DNA of 63,976 nucleotides, filler included, from Licmophora abbreviata (Eukaryota): assembly GCA_900291995.1 (NCBI GenBank). It is 20 parts of 20 records of this genome, joined end to end, with 100 filler letters (N's around TTAATTAATTAA, not from the genome) between each part and the next. Parts side by side here need not be neighbours in the genome. Positions count along the whole stretch, not along the records: positions 38,309 to 43,929 come from OLMU01002332.1; positions 44,030 to 45,250 come from OLMU01002333.1; positions 45,351 to 46,594 come from OLMU01002334.1; positions 46,695 to 53,703 come from OLMU01002335.1; positions 53,804 to 55,529 come from OLMU01002336.1; 15 more parts are not named here. One strand, given 5' to 3'. Of this stretch, positions 43,076 to 54,106 are shown one piece after another. A program made the position numbers and the translations under genes. The stretch's first letter is position 1, and every line of letters starts with the position of its first letter. The notes under the pieces were generated by a model. It saw only the letters and a list, made by a program, of their open reading frames with translations. It ran no database searches and was not told where the DNA came from.

Positions 43076-44183
43076 TCAGCCCGCCAGCGCCCGGTCCAGA
43101 TCGCCGATCAGATCGCCCGCATCCTCGATGCCGATGGACAGCCTGAGCAGGTTTTCGGGGATGCCGGTATCCGGCTCGATGGTGGCGCGATGCTCGACAA
43201 GGCTTTCGACCCCGCCAAGCGATGTGGCGCGATGGAAGAGCTCAAGCCGCCCATTGACACCAAGCGCGGCGTCGCGCCCGCCCTTGATGAGCACCGACAT
43301 CAGATACCCTGATCCGCCGCACATCTGGCGCGCGGCGATCTCATGGCCGGGATGCGCGGGCAGGCCGGGATAGAGCACCGCCTCGATCCCGTCATGCGCC
43401 TCCAGATGCCGGGCGATGGCAAGCGCATTGGCGCACATCCGCTCCATCCGCAAAGGCAGCGTGCGCATCCCCCGCATCAGAAGCCACGCCTCCATCGGGC
43501 CGAGAATCGCCCCCGCATCATGGCGGTCGGCCTCGATCATCGCCCAGACAGGCAGGCCCGAATCGCGGCACGACAGCACCCCCGCCACCACATCGGTATG
43601 CCCGTTGATCGCCTTGGTGCCCGAATGCATGGAGATATCGGCCCCCAGATCCAGCGCCCGGGTCAGAACCGGTGTCGCCGCCGTGCCATCCACCGCCAAA
43701 AGCGCGCCCGCGCCATGCGCCAGATCGGCGGCCCGCGCGATATCCACCACCTTCAACCACGGATTCGACGGCACCTCGATCCAGACCAGATCGGCCGGTG
43801 TGGCGCAGGCCGCCTCCAGCGCCGTGCCATCGGCGGCATCCACCTCGTCAAGCGTGATGCCGCGCCGCGCGCAGAACGCCCTGACCCAGACCGTCGCCCC
43901 CCAATAGATGCCCGATTGCACCACAACGCNNNNNNNNNNNNNNNNNNNNNNNNNNNNNNNNNNNNNNNNNNNNTTAATTAATTAANNNNNNNNNNNNNNN
44001 NNNNNNNNNNNNNNNNNNNNNNNNNNNNNCATAGACATTGCCGGGCACCACAAGCGCATTGTCCGGCCCGCGCCCATAGGTGGTGGCCATGCTGATGCCG
44101 GGCACAACACCGCCATCGGCGGCATTCTTGGCGCCCGCCGCCTGTGCTGCGATGGTGGCGGGCTTCAGATCGTCGTCTCGCAT
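43076..44183 (-). CDS. Cys/Met metabolism PLP-dependent trans-sulfuration enzyme (cystathionine gamma-synthase/lyase family), interrupted by gap 43930-44029
   Basis: WIEVPSNP, HSGTKAINGH.D, SLGGVESL and RLSIGIED. Confidence 0.88.
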
Positions 44184-44926
44184 AGCGCCTCTCTTTGCTC
44201 AAAAAGCCGCCCCGGTCCCCAGCCCCGCGCCTCGACACCCGCAATCCGCAGCATGTGCCACAAGAGCGCCTGATTCGAGCTGATGACCGGCACGCCCAGT
44301 TCGGCCTCGACCGCGTCGATCACCCCGAAGGTGCGCAGGTTGGTGCAACTGGCGAACACCGCCTCCACCCCCGGCGCGCGCCCGGCCTCAAGCATGGCGG
44401 CGCGGGTGCTGGCCTCAGTGATCCGCGCCACGGTCCAGTCGTCCTTCTGGCCAAAGCTGATCTCGCTGACCACCTCGATGCCCTGACGGCCCAGATAGGC
44501 GCGCATCTCGGCGGTCACACTCTGGACATAGGGCGTGACCAGCGCGATCCGCCGCGCGCCCACAGCCTCTAGCGCCGCCAGCACCGCGCTGATCGGGTTG
44601 CTGACCGCAACGCCCGGATGCACCCCTCGGATGGCCGCCTCGACCGCCTGCGGCCCGATCACCGTCGACGCCGAGGTGCAGCCATAGCCCACCGCCTGCA
44701 ACCCCTGCGGCAAGAGCCCCGCCGCCGCAGGCAAGGCCACCTCCATCCTGCGCAACTGCTCGGGCGTCACATCGGGCTGTGCCGGGATGCGCGTGTGCAG
44801 CAGGTTCGCCGCTCGGCCCCCCAGAAGCGCGCGCGCCTCGTATTCCAGCGTCTCATCGGTGCTCAGCACGATCAGCCCAAGCCGAAGCCCCGCGCCCGCG
44901 CCCGCATCCAGCGCATACTCCATCAT
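44165..44926 (-). CDS. Asp/Glu racemase / maleate cis-trans isomerase family protein
   Basis: [28 protein letters not shown] and SSNQA. Confidence 0.85.
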   Translation of the reverse strand: MMEYALDAGAGAGLRLGLIVLSTDETLEYEARALLGGRAANLLHTRIPAQPDVTPEQLRRMEVALPAAAGLLPQGLQAVGYGCTSASTVIGPQAVEAAIRGVHPGVAVSNPISAVLAALEAVGARRIALVTPYVQSVTAEMRAYLGRQGIEVVSEISFGQKDDWTVARITEASTRAAMLEAGRAPGVEAVFASCTNLRTFGVIDAVEAELGVPVISSNQALLWHMLRIAGVEARGWGPGRLFEQREALCETTI

Positions 44927-45737
44927 CCCATCTCCTGCCGTTGGGGCCTGCTCAACGTGCCGCCTGCCACACTCGCGCTGACACCAGTCGTGCCGGGGCA
45001 CGAGGTCGGAAGCCCCCGCGCCACCCGCACCGCCAGATGCGCAAAAGCCTGCGCCTCCAGCATGTCACCGTCAAGCCCCGCCGCCTCGACCGGCTCCACC
45101 GGGCACTCAAGGCCTGCGCGCAGCATCTCCATCATCACCGGATTATGCCGCCCGCCACCCGTCACCAGCAACCGCTCGGGCGGCTCGGGGCAATGCTCCA
45201 TCCCGCGCAGCACCGCCGTGGCACTCATCGCCGTGAGCGTCGCCACCGCANNNNNNNNNNNNNNNNNNNNNNNNNNNNNNNNNNNNNNNNNNNNTTAATT
45301 AATTAANNNNNNNNNNNNNNNNNNNNNNNNNNNNNNNNNNNNNNNNNNNNGAAATCCCACACCACCGGCAGGCCCAGACCCTGCGCCAGCGCATCGCCAT
45401 CGCCCAGCTGATGCGTCCCGCGCCCCTGCGGCTCATGTGCCAGCGTCTGACCGTGAAACCCCACCAGATCGATATCCTCGAACCCGCTCAGCGCTTCCAG
45501 ATGGGCTGTCTGCACCACCCCAAGCGCCTCGTTCAGATCGTCCCCCGGCCACCGCCCGAGCGCGCGTGCCAGCACCGCGCGTTCCGCCTCGGAATAGGGC
45601 CTGTAGCGGCTTGGCCCGAAGCCATACAGCCGCGTGCCATCGGTCTCGACCACGGCGGCATCCACCCCATCCAGCGAGGTGCCCGACATGGCCCCCAACG
45701 CCCGGATGCGTCCGGCTGGCAATTTGGCCTGCAACAT
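44923..45737 (-). CDS. anmK: Anhydro-N-acetylmuramic acid kinase, interrupted by gap 45251-45350
   Basis: [24 protein letters not shown] and EAQAFA..A; divergent from tyrS. Confidence 0.92.
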
Positions 45738-45800
45738 GGCCTTTCCCTTCGCGTTCTGCGTGCCTATACATGCCGCGCAATCAAGACCGGGACAAGCGAT

Positions 45801-47176
45801 ATGACCTACCACCCCAAGTCCGATTTCCTGCGCGTGATGATCGAGCGCGGCTTTCTCGCGGACTGCACCGATCTGCAGGCGCTGGACGACAGCCTGACAT
45901 CGGGCACGGTGACGGCCTATATCGGCTATGACGCCACGGCCAAATCGCTGCATGTCGGCCATTTGCTGAACATCATGATGCTGCGCTGGCTGCAGAAAAC
46001 CGGCCATCGCCCGATCACCCTGATGGGCGGTGGCACCACAAAGGTGGGCGATCCCTCGTTCCGCTCGGATGAACGCCCGCTTCTGGACGAGGCGCAGATC
46101 GCCGAGAATATCGGCGGCATGCAGCAGGTCTTCGCGCGCTATCTCGACTATGGCGACACCGCCCCCGGTGCCCTGATGCTCAACAACGCCGAATGGCTGG
46201 ACGGTCTGAAATATATCGAGTTCCTGCGCGATATCGGGCGGTATTTCTCGGTCAACCGGATGCTCAGCTTCGAATCGGTCAAATCCCGGCTCGACCGCGA
46301 ACAATCGCTCAGCTTTCTCGAATTCAACTACATGATCCTGCAGGCCTATGACTTCCTCGAGCTCAACCGCCGCTATGGCTGTACGCTGCAGATGGGCGGC
46401 TCGGACCAGTGGGGCAATATCGTCAACGGGATCGACCTGACCCGCCGCGTCGTGGCGCACGAGGTTTATGGCCTCACCTCGCCGCTGCTGACCACCGCGG
46501 ACGGGCGCAAGATGGGCAAATCGGCGGGCGGCGCCGTGTGGCTCAATGCAGACATGCTCTCGCCTTACGAATTCTGGCAATTCTGGCGCAACACNNNNNN
46601 NNNNNNNNNNNNNNNNNNNNNNNNNNNNNNNNNNNNNNTTAATTAATTAANNNNNNNNNNNNNNNNNNNNNNNNNNNNNNNNNNNNNNNNNNNNAATTCT
46701 GGCAATTCTGGCGCAACACGCTCGATGCCGATGTGGGCCGGTTCCTCAAGCTCTACACCGAACTGCCCGTCGAGGAATGCAATCGTCTCGGCGCGCTCGC
46801 AGGGTCCGAGATCAACGCCGCCAAGATCATCCTCGCCAACGAGGTGACGACCCTTCTGCACGGCGCCGACGCCGCCCGCACCGCCGAGGCGACCGCCCGC
46901 GAAGTGTTCGAAAAAGGCGGCGTGGGCGATGATCTGCCCACTCTGGAACTCAGCATGGATGAGCTGGCCGAGGGCATGTCCATCGTGCAGCTTTTTGTGC
47001 GCACCGGGCTTGCCAAATCAGGCAAGGACGCCAAACGCCTGATCGCCGAACAGGGCGCGCGGATCGACGACGCGCCGCTCACGGATTCGGGGCTGATGAT
47101 CGACGCGGCGGCACTGGCCTCCCCCATCAAGCTCAGCGCCGGCAAGAAACGTCACGCGCTGGTCAAATTGGCGTAA
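45801..47176 (+). CDS. tyrS: Tyrosyl-tRNA synthetase (spans a linker where contig ends overlap)
   Basis: [14 protein letters not shown] and KMGKS motifs; C-terminal S4-like SAGKKRH. Confidence 0.96.
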
Positions 47177-47310
47177 CTCCGGGCCAAGGCGTCGCTGGTC
47201 GGGGCTTGATCGCCCCCGACGGCTACGACACTATCGCGGCAAGACCCCGCGCTTTGTGGGCGGGGATGTAAAACGTATGGGCATGTTGCTCAAAGGGTAT
47301 CAGTAAAGCC

Positions 47311-48546
47311 ATGGCACGGCCCCGGAAAAAGACCAAAGCCAAACCCGCCCCCAAGGATCTTGGGCCAAGCAAGGCCCTGTTTTCGCAACATTTCCAATCA
47401 GGTGCCTTCGACAAAGCGCTGGCCGTCAGCCGCAACCTGATCGCGCGCGGCGTCAAGCATCCCAATGTCTATTCGGATGCCGGCGTTGCCGCCATCAAAC
47501 TCGAGCTTTGGCGCGACGCGATCACCTATGCGACGCGCGCCCTGTCCCTCGACCCCAGACATTTGACCAGCCTCGACACTCTGGCCCATGCCCATGGCGC
47601 CTTGCGCGAATGGCCCAAGGCGGCGCAGGCGGGACGTCGCGCCTTGAGCGTGCGTGACGCAATGGTGGCCAATCAAGACCCGTCTGCCCTGCCCCTGTCT
47701 GCCTGTCCTGCGACCGCCGACAAGGACGTGATTGCCTTCTCGCTGTTTGGCGGGTCGTCGAAATACTGCGAAACGGCGGTGCTGAACTGCATCGACCAGC
47801 CCGAAATCTACCCCGGTTGGCTGTGCCGCTTCTATGTCGATGACACGGTCCCCGATCAGATCGTCACCCGGCTGCAGGACAACGGCGCCGAGGTGATCGC
47901 GGTCCCCCCCGAGATGAAAACCTGGCCCGGTCCGATGTGGCGCTTCGCGGCCTATGACGCGCCGGATGTCCGGCGGGTGATCTTTCGGGATGCCGACAGC
48001 GTGATCTCGCACCGCGAGGCCGGCGCCGTGCGCGACTGGATCGACAGCGGCCGCGCCTTCCACGCCATGCGCGACATCGGCAGTCACACCGAATTGTTGC
48101 TGGCCGGTCTTTGCGGCGTCGTCAAAGGCGCGCTGCCATCCATGACACAGATGATCGAGGCCTATCTTGCCAAGCCCGTGCAAAGCGCCCATTTCGCCGA
48201 TCAGTTTTTCCTGCTCCAATATGTCTGGCCCTTCGCCCGTCGCGATATCCTGCAACACGATTCGATCTTCGGGTTCATGGACGGCACCGCCTTTCCCGAC
48301 GGACCCCACCGCGACGATTTCCATGTCGGCTATGCCGAAGGCTCTCCGTTCCTGACCTTCACCAGCGCCCTGCCCGACGGATCGGACGTGGTCTGGGAAA
48401 TCTACGCCGCCACCGGTGATGACCCGCGCACGATCTGCCGCTATCCCGGTGTGATCCGGGACGGCAAGCTGCAGGCCCATGTGCCTGCGCGCTACGTTGG
48501 CCGGTTGCAGTCCAAGGAATGGGCGCTGCGGCTGGACAAGGCCTAA
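47311..48546 (+). CDS. TPR-repeat protein fused to a putative GT-A-like (DxD) domain
   Basis: Helical TPR-like N-terminus; then IAFSLFG, YPGW.CRFY, MWRF, FRDADS, FHAMRD and DQFFL. Confidence 0.7.
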   Translation: MARPRKKTKAKPAPKDLGPSKALFSQHFQSGAFDKALAVSRNLIARGVKHPNVYSDAGVAAIKLELWRDAITYATRALSLDPRHLTSLDTLAHAHGALREWPKAAQAGRRALSVRDAMVANQDPSALPLSACPATADKDVIAFSLFGGSSKYCETAVLNCIDQPEIYPGWLCRFYVDDTVPDQIVTRLQDNGAEVIAVPPEMKTWPGPMWRFAAYDAPDVRRVIFRDADSVISHREAGAVRDWIDSGRAFHAMRDIGSHTELLLAGLCGVVKGALPSMTQMIEAYLAKPVQSAHFADQFFLLQYVWPFARRDILQHDSIFGFMDGTAFPDGPHRDDFHVGYAEGSPFLTFTSALPDGSDVVWEIYAATGDDPRTICRYPGVIRDGKLQAHVPARYVGRLQSKEWALRLDKA

Positions 48547-48641
48547 CCGGGTGACCCTGTCATCGGCGCAACTCTTGTCGCCGTGCTGGCCCCTCCACAG
48601 ATGCGCGGCCCCGTCGCGTCCGGCATGACGCGGCTCCGAAA

Positions 48642-48729
48642 TCGGGATTTGCGTACGGGATGGACACAAATTCGGCAGATCGGGCCAGAGTTGGTCCTGA
48701 ACGGCCCTAAAATCTTACGAAACCTACAC
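48642..48729 (+). repeat. Dispersed ~90-bp intergenic repeat, family B, copy 2
   Basis: Aligns with the reverse complement of 5546-5635. Confidence 0.65.
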
Positions 48730-48743
48730 ATTCGCGGGCGTGG

Positions 48744-49859
48744 TCAGCCCCGGTTCTGCAAGGCCTCGGTCAGCAGGTCGCGCACCGTTTCCGGGTCCAC
48801 ATCCGAGGTGACGAAAGCCTCCCCGATCCCCCGCGCAAGGATGAATGTCAGCGTGCCATCGACCACTTTCTTGTCCTGCGACATCAGCTCCAAAAGGCCA
48901 TTGGCATCGGGCAATTCTCCTGCAATATCAGATAGATCAGCCTTCATGCCCATGGCTTTGAGATGGGCGCGCACGCGGCTCGGGTCTTCCTGCGAACACA
49001 GCCCCATCCGCGCCGACAGCTCGAACGCCAACCCACAGCCGATCGCCACACCCTCGCCATGCAGCAGCCGGTCCGAATACCCCGTCGCCGCCTCCAACGC
49101 ATGACAAAACGTATGCCCCAAGTTCAAAAGCGCCCGATCCCCCTGTTCCGTCTCGTCTCTGACGACGATCTCGGCCTTCATCTCGACTGAGCGCTTCACA
49201 AGGTGGATCCGGGCCTCCATATCGCCCTCTGCGGCACGTGAAGCATGGTCTTCAAGCCATTGAAAGAAATCGTAATCTCCCAGAAGCCCGTATTTGACGA
49301 CCTCGCCGTAACCCGCCAGGTAATCGCGCTTCGTCAGGGTGGTCAGGATGCCCGTATCGGCCAGAACGAGGCTCGGTTGATGGAACGCGCCGATCAGATT
49401 CTTGCCTTGCGGCGCGTTGATCCCGGTCTTGCCGCCCACCGAACTGTCCACCTGCGCCAGAAGGCTGGTCGGCACCTGCACGAACCGCACCCCCCGCCGC
49501 AGCACCGCCGCCGCGAACCCCACAAGATCGCCGACCACCCCGCCGCCGAAGGCGATGACGATATCCTTCCGCTCGATCTTTTCGGCCAGAAGCCATTCCA
49601 CGACCCGTTCGAAATGCGGCCAGGACTTCGTCGCCTCGCCTTGTGGGAGGGTCATGCTGGTGACGGAAATACCGTTCTTTTCCAATCCTTTGCAGAGCGT
49701 TTCTAAATGCAGCTCCGCCACATGCGCATCCGCCACGATGGCCACGCGCGGCCGTTTGAGCAAAGGCGCGATCAACGCACCCGACCGCTCCAGCAGCCCG
49801 GGGCCGATATGGATGTCATAGGCCCGGTCATCCAGCGGCACGTGGACAATTTGCGTCAT
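48744..49859 (-). CDS. aroB: 3-dehydroquinate synthase
   Basis: GGGVVGD, DSSVGGKTGIN, KNLIGAF and LNLGHT. Confidence 0.96.
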   Translation of the reverse strand: MTQIVHVPLDDRAYDIHIGPGLLERSGALIAPLLKRPRVAIVADAHVAELHLETLCKGLEKNGISVTSMTLPQGEATKSWPHFERVVEWLLAEKIERKDIVIAFGGGVVGDLVGFAAAVLRRGVRFVQVPTSLLAQVDSSVGGKTGINAPQGKNLIGAFHQPSLVLADTGILTTLTKRDYLAGYGEVVKYGLLGDYDFFQWLEDHASRAAEGDMEARIHLVKRSVEMKAEIVVRDETEQGDRALLNLGHTFCHALEAATGYSDRLLHGEGVAIGCGLAFELSARMGLCSQEDPSRVRAHLKAMGMKADLSDIAGELPDANGLLELMSQDKKVVDGTLTFILARGIGEAFVTSDVDPETVRDLLTEALQNRG

Positions 49860-50416
49860 GTCAGCCCCTCCAGCACATCCTCTCGCGTCATCAGCGCCGC
49901 AAGCACCTTCTCCGCCATCATGTCGATAGAATAGTCCGGCTGCGCCGTCACCGTCAGATCCGCCTGCTGGTAGAAGGGCAGCCGTGTCTCATACAAGTCC
50001 CGCAGCGTCCCATAAGGATCAGCTGTGCGCAGCAAGGGTCTGGTATCCTTATGTTTTACCCGGCTCCAAAGCAGCGCCAAATCGGCCTTCAGCCACACCG
50101 AAACGCCCTTACGGGAAATCAGATTGCGGTTGCGCTCGGACAAAAACGCCCCACCCCCCGTGGACAGGATGCCCCGTTCCCCCTCGAGCAACCGGTCGAT
50201 GACCTGCGTTTCACGGTCGCGAAAAAACGCCTCGCCATCGCGCGCGAAGATTTCCGCGATGCTCATGTTGGCGGCCTGCTCGATCTCGGCATCGGAATCG
50301 AGGAACGGCACGGCAAGACGCACCGCCAAGGCCTTGCCCACAGCGGTTTTTCCGGCCCCCATCATGCCCACAAGCACGACCGACTTCTTGAGCTTCCACC
50401 GCTCCGGCGCTGTCAC
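49856..50416 (-). CDS. aroK: Shikimate kinase
   Basis: VGMMGAGKT, GEAFFRDRE, STGGG and RPLL. GTG start at 50416 is approximate. Confidence 0.94.
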   Translation of the reverse strand: MTAPERWKLKKSVVLVGMMGAGKTAVGKALAVRLAVPFLDSDAEIEQAANMSIAEIFARDGEAFFRDRETQVIDRLLEGERGILSTGGGAFLSERNRNLISRKGVSVWLKADLALLWSRVKHKDTRPLLRTADPYGTLRDLYETRLPFYQQADLTVTAQPDYSIDMMAEKVLAALMTREDVLEGLT

Positions 50417-50527
50417 GTTCGGCGCTCCTTTGGCAATATTTCGCGCTTTGGCACTGAATGACGTGATCTTGCCCAAAAGGCCAGTTATAAACATGCAAAA
50501 ATACTGACACAAACAGGCAGGCTCAAC

Positions 50528-50677
50528 ATGCTGAGATTGATCAAATGGCTGTTCTACCTCGCCATTCTGGCGTTCATCGCGCTTGTGGGCTATGCATATA
50601 TCGGGCCGTTTTTCGGCGCGGATTTTTCCCCGCCGACAAAGGAAATTCGCCAGGACATCATACTTGAGACGGACTGA
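50528..50677 (+). CDS. Small single-TM protein (49 aa), absent from the ORF track
   Basis: MLRLIKWLFYLAILAFIALVGYAYIGPFFGADFSPPTKEIRQDIILETD; overlaps the start of the next gene. Confidence 0.75.
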   Translation: MLRLIKWLFYLAILAFIALVGYAYIGPFFGADFSPPTKEIRQDIILETD

Positions 50678-52196
50678 CGCGCTGATCGCCGCTTTTCTGA
50701 TCGCTCCGGCCGCCGCCGCGCAGCAACCGCTGTCGGCCATCGACTGGCTGGACGGTGCGGCATCGGTCAGCGTCGCGGGACCGCGCGTCGAACCGCTTGG
50801 ACTTCCGCCACAGGCCTCAGGCGTCGACACGCCGACCGTGTCGGTCATGGCACTTGACGCCGCCCGTTCGGATTCTGTCGGCCTTTTGCCCGCTACGGTC
50901 ACCGGTCTGCCGGTCACGCTGTGGCAAGCCAGCAGCGAAGTCGCCATCGTGGCCTTGCTCGAGCGTCTCTCGCCCGAACCGCTGCCCGCCATTCAGGCGC
51001 TCTATTACACCCTGCTTCTGGCCGAGGCCGAGCCGCCCGGCGATGCCGGATCGGACGGGTTGTTCCTCAAGGCCCGGGTCGCGGCACTTCAGACCTATGG
51101 CGCAACCGACCCGGCGCTTGCGCTGATCGAACGCGCTGGTCCCGCCACGCCCGCGCTGTTCGACACCTGGCTTGATCTCGCTCTTCTGGCGGGGACCGAA
51201 ACCGAGGCTTGCGCGGCGCTGGCCGAGCGCCCTGCCCTGACCGACGATTACGGCGCGCGAGTGTTTTGCATCGCGCAGACCGGAGACTGGCAGACCGCCG
51301 CGCTGATCTATGAAACATCTGTCGCGCTTGGTCTTCTGTCAGCCACGCAAGAGGCTTTGCTGGCGCAATTCCTGGATCCCGAAATGGTCGAAGCCAGCCT
51401 GGCACTGGCCCCGACCTCGGGGATCACGCCGCTGATTTTTCGGCTCTATGAGGCGGTCGGACAGCCCTTGCCGACCCAAGGCCTGCCGCGTGCCTATGCC
51501 TCGGCCGATCTGCGCCCGAGCGCGGGTCTCAAGGCCCGTCTCGAAGCAGCAGAACGTCTGGCCCATACCGGCGCCTTGCCGCCCAATCGCCTGCTGGGCC
51601 TTTACACGGAACGCGCGCCTGCGGCATCGGGAGGGGTCTGGGACCGCGCCCGCATCATCCAGACCTTCGATCAGGCGATGACCCGCGAAAACCCCGGGCC
51701 GATCGCCGATATCCTGCCCGACGCCTGGCAGGCGATGCGCGATCAGGGGCTGGCTGTGGCCTTTGCCGAACTTTACGGCGCGGCTCTGGCGGGCATCGAA
51801 CTTCCGCCACGCGCGCAAGCGCTGGCGTTCCGGATCGGCCTGCTCTCGTCGGGTTATGAAAGCATCGCAAGCGCCGCCCGGCCCTTGGATGATACCGAAA
51901 CCTTCCTTGCCGGCCTCGCCCGTGGCACGCCGCCCGCCGATCTGGCCGATACCGCGCTCGAGCAGGCCATCAGCCGGGCGTTTGCCGCCGGTTCGGCTTC
52001 GGTGGATCACGCGAGTTTGCTGGAGGGCGGCAAGCTGGGACAGGCGATCCTGTCGGCCGGTCTTCAACTTGATCGCGCCGGGTTGCGCGGATTTGACGAC
52101 ATCACCTCCGCCTTGTCCACCCTGCGCGCCCTCGGGCTCGAGGAAACCGCCCGCCGCGCCGCGCTCGAGCTTCTGATCCTCGAAAGCGGCGCATGA
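50664..52196 (+). CDS. Exported Ala/Leu-rich conserved hypothetical protein upstream of xerD
   Basis: TTG start, signal peptide ending AAAA/QQPLSAIDWL, GLP..LW motif; translationally coupled to xerD. Confidence 0.8.
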   Translation: MRRTDALIAAFLIAPAAAAQQPLSAIDWLDGAASVSVAGPRVEPLGLPPQASGVDTPTVSVMALDAARSDSVGLLPATVTGLPVTLWQASSEVAIVALLERLSPEPLPAIQALYYTLLLAEAEPPGDAGSDGLFLKARVAALQTYGATDPALALIERAGPATPALFDTWLDLALLAGTETEACAALAERPALTDDYGARVFCIAQTGDWQTAALIYETSVALGLLSATQEALLAQFLDPEMVEASLALAPTSGITPLIFRLYEAVGQPLPTQGLPRAYASADLRPSAGLKARLEAAERLAHTGALPPNRLLGLYTERAPAASGGVWDRARIIQTFDQAMTRENPGPIADILPDAWQAMRDQGLAVAFAELYGAALAGIELPPRAQALAFRIGLLSSGYESIASAARPLDDTETFLAGLARGTPPADLADTALEQAISRAFAAGSASVDHASLLEGGKLGQAILSAGLQLDRAGLRGFDDITSALSTLRALGLEETARRAALELLILESGA

Positions 52197-53164
52197 GGCA
52201 GGGACGGCATTGGATATCAGCCTTTCTCGAGGCACAGGCGGCAGAACTCGGCGCGGCGCAGAACACCTTGCAGGCCTATGCCCGAGATCTGAGCGATTTC
52301 GATGCGTGGCTGGCCAGCCAAGGCGACACCATAGAACAGGCCGACCAGAACCGCGTTGAAGCCTATCTGGTCCATTGCGACGCGCAGGGCCTGGCCCGCG
52401 CCACCCGTGCGCGCCGCTTGTCGGCCATCAAGCAGCTCTACCGCTTCGCCTTTGAAGAGCGCTTGCGGGACGAAAACCCCGCCATCACCATCAAAGGGCC
52501 GGGGCGCTCGCGAAAACTGCCCAAGACCCTCAGCGAAAAAGAGGTCGATCTCTTGCTGGGTGCGGCACGCACGCATGGCCGCAGCGCCACGGACCGGGTG
52601 CGCAATACCTGCCTGATGGAGCTTCTTTATGCCACCGGCATGCGTGTCAGCGAACTGGTCGCCCTGCCCGTGGCGGCCGCGCGCGGCAATCCGCAGATGC
52701 TGCTGATCCGCGGCAAGGGCGGCAAGGAACGCATGGTGCCGCTGTCGCCCGATGCGCGCGATGCCCTGATCGAGTGGCTGGAGCTGCGCGATGCTGCTGA
52801 TACGGCTGCGCGCAAGGCAGGCAAGCCCGGCTCGCCGTTCCTGTTCCCGTCCTCGGGCAAGATCGGCCATTTGACGCGGCACCGCTTCTATATGCTGATC
52901 AAGGAGCTGGCAGTGGCCGGAGGCGTCTCACCGGACAAGGTCACACCGCATACGCTGCGCCATGCCTTTGCCACGCATCTTCTGGCCAATGGCGCCGATC
53001 TGCGGGCGATCCAGACGCTTTTGGGCCATGCCGATGTCGCCACCACCGAGATCTACACCCATGTTCTGGAAGAGCGGTTGCGCGAGCTTGTTCAGGAGCA
53101 TCACCCGCTGGCGGTGGCCTCGCGGCGCAAGTCCGGCGGCAGCACGTCTTCAGACGGCCAATAA
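52193..53164 (+). CDS. xerD: Site-specific tyrosine recombinase XerD
   Basis: NTLQAYARDL, LYATGMRVSEL, GKGGKER, HTLRHAFATHLL and LLGHAD..TTEIY. Confidence 0.92.
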   Translation: MRQGRHWISAFLEAQAAELGAAQNTLQAYARDLSDFDAWLASQGDTIEQADQNRVEAYLVHCDAQGLARATRARRLSAIKQLYRFAFEERLRDENPAITIKGPGRSRKLPKTLSEKEVDLLLGAARTHGRSATDRVRNTCLMELLYATGMRVSELVALPVAAARGNPQMLLIRGKGGKERMVPLSPDARDALIEWLELRDAADTAARKAGKPGSPFLFPSSGKIGHLTRHRFYMLIKELAVAGGVSPDKVTPHTLRHAFATHLLANGADLRAIQTLLGHADVATTEIYTHVLEERLRELVQEHHPLAVASRRKSGGSTSSDGQ

Positions 53165-54036
53165 CCGCTGCCAAGCGCCAGATGATAGCCTTGGGTCAGA
53201 CCCGCGCGCCGCATCGACTCCGCGGCGGCTTGGTGATCGTAGCTCAGCCGCTCAATCCGCGGCACGCCCCCCTCCAGCACGGCAAAGCGCGTCTCGGGGC
53301 TGGCATCATTGGCGGGCATCCCGATCACCCCGGCATTGACCCATTCGACATGTCCGATACGGCGCATGAACGGCAGGCCGCAATGTCCGGCCAACACCAT
53401 GTCGATCGGTCCATTCAACGCTTCGATCCGGGCGATTTCCTCGGCGAAATCGGCCTCGGGCGAAGTTGGCCACAAAAACCGCGCCACATCCGCGACCCCG
53501 CCATGGATCACCGCGCAGCGCCGCCCGTGATGCGTGAAGATCACGAGATCCGGCAGGCCCGCCATCCAGTCGCGCGCGTCAGCGTCAAGGCTGGCACTGG
53601 CATGGGCAAACCAGCCCACCGACAAAAGGTCACAGGTGCTGCCCGGCGCAAAGCCGCACCCGCAATCCATTTCGCCCGCCGCCAACTGGATTTCGCAATT
53701 CCCNNNNNNNNNNNNNNNNNNNNNNNNNNNNNNNNNNNNNNNNNNNNTTAATTAATTAANNNNNNNNNNNNNNNNNNNNNNNNNNNNNNNNNNNNNNNNN
53801 NNNTGGATTTCGCAATTCCCCGCCACCACCGTGCAGCCCGCCTCGCGGATCGCGGCGACCGTGCCCGCGGCATCGGCGCAATAGGCCACGACATCGCCCG
53901 TGCAGATGATCCGCTCGCCCGCGACGCCTTGGGACACGGCCCTCTCGAGCAGCGCCCGGGTGGCCTGCAGGTTCGAATAGGGACCGCCGAAGATCAGCAC
54001 CGGCCCGTCCAACTGCCCCAGATCGCATCCATTCAT
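53101..54036 (-). CDS. Calcineurin-like metallophosphoesterase (spans a linker where contig ends overlap)
   Basis: GGPYSNLQA, CTGDVVAY, GNCE, HGG, GHCG and NAGVIG. Confidence 0.85.
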
Positions 54037-54106
54037 CGCCATTCATCCCTTGATTGCCGCGCAACCCGACCCCATAACCCTACTGAATAAAGGGACCCCG
54101 TACCGT

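Noticed and set aside
52193..53164. Tyrosine recombinase as a possible island or prophage integrase
   Set aside because: Motifs, host-like GC and the aroK-linked context fit housekeeping XerD; no att site or cargo is seen.
54029..54047. CCATTCATC repeated twice at the metallophosphoesterase start
   Set aside because: Too short to separate from chance; only makes the start codon ambiguous.
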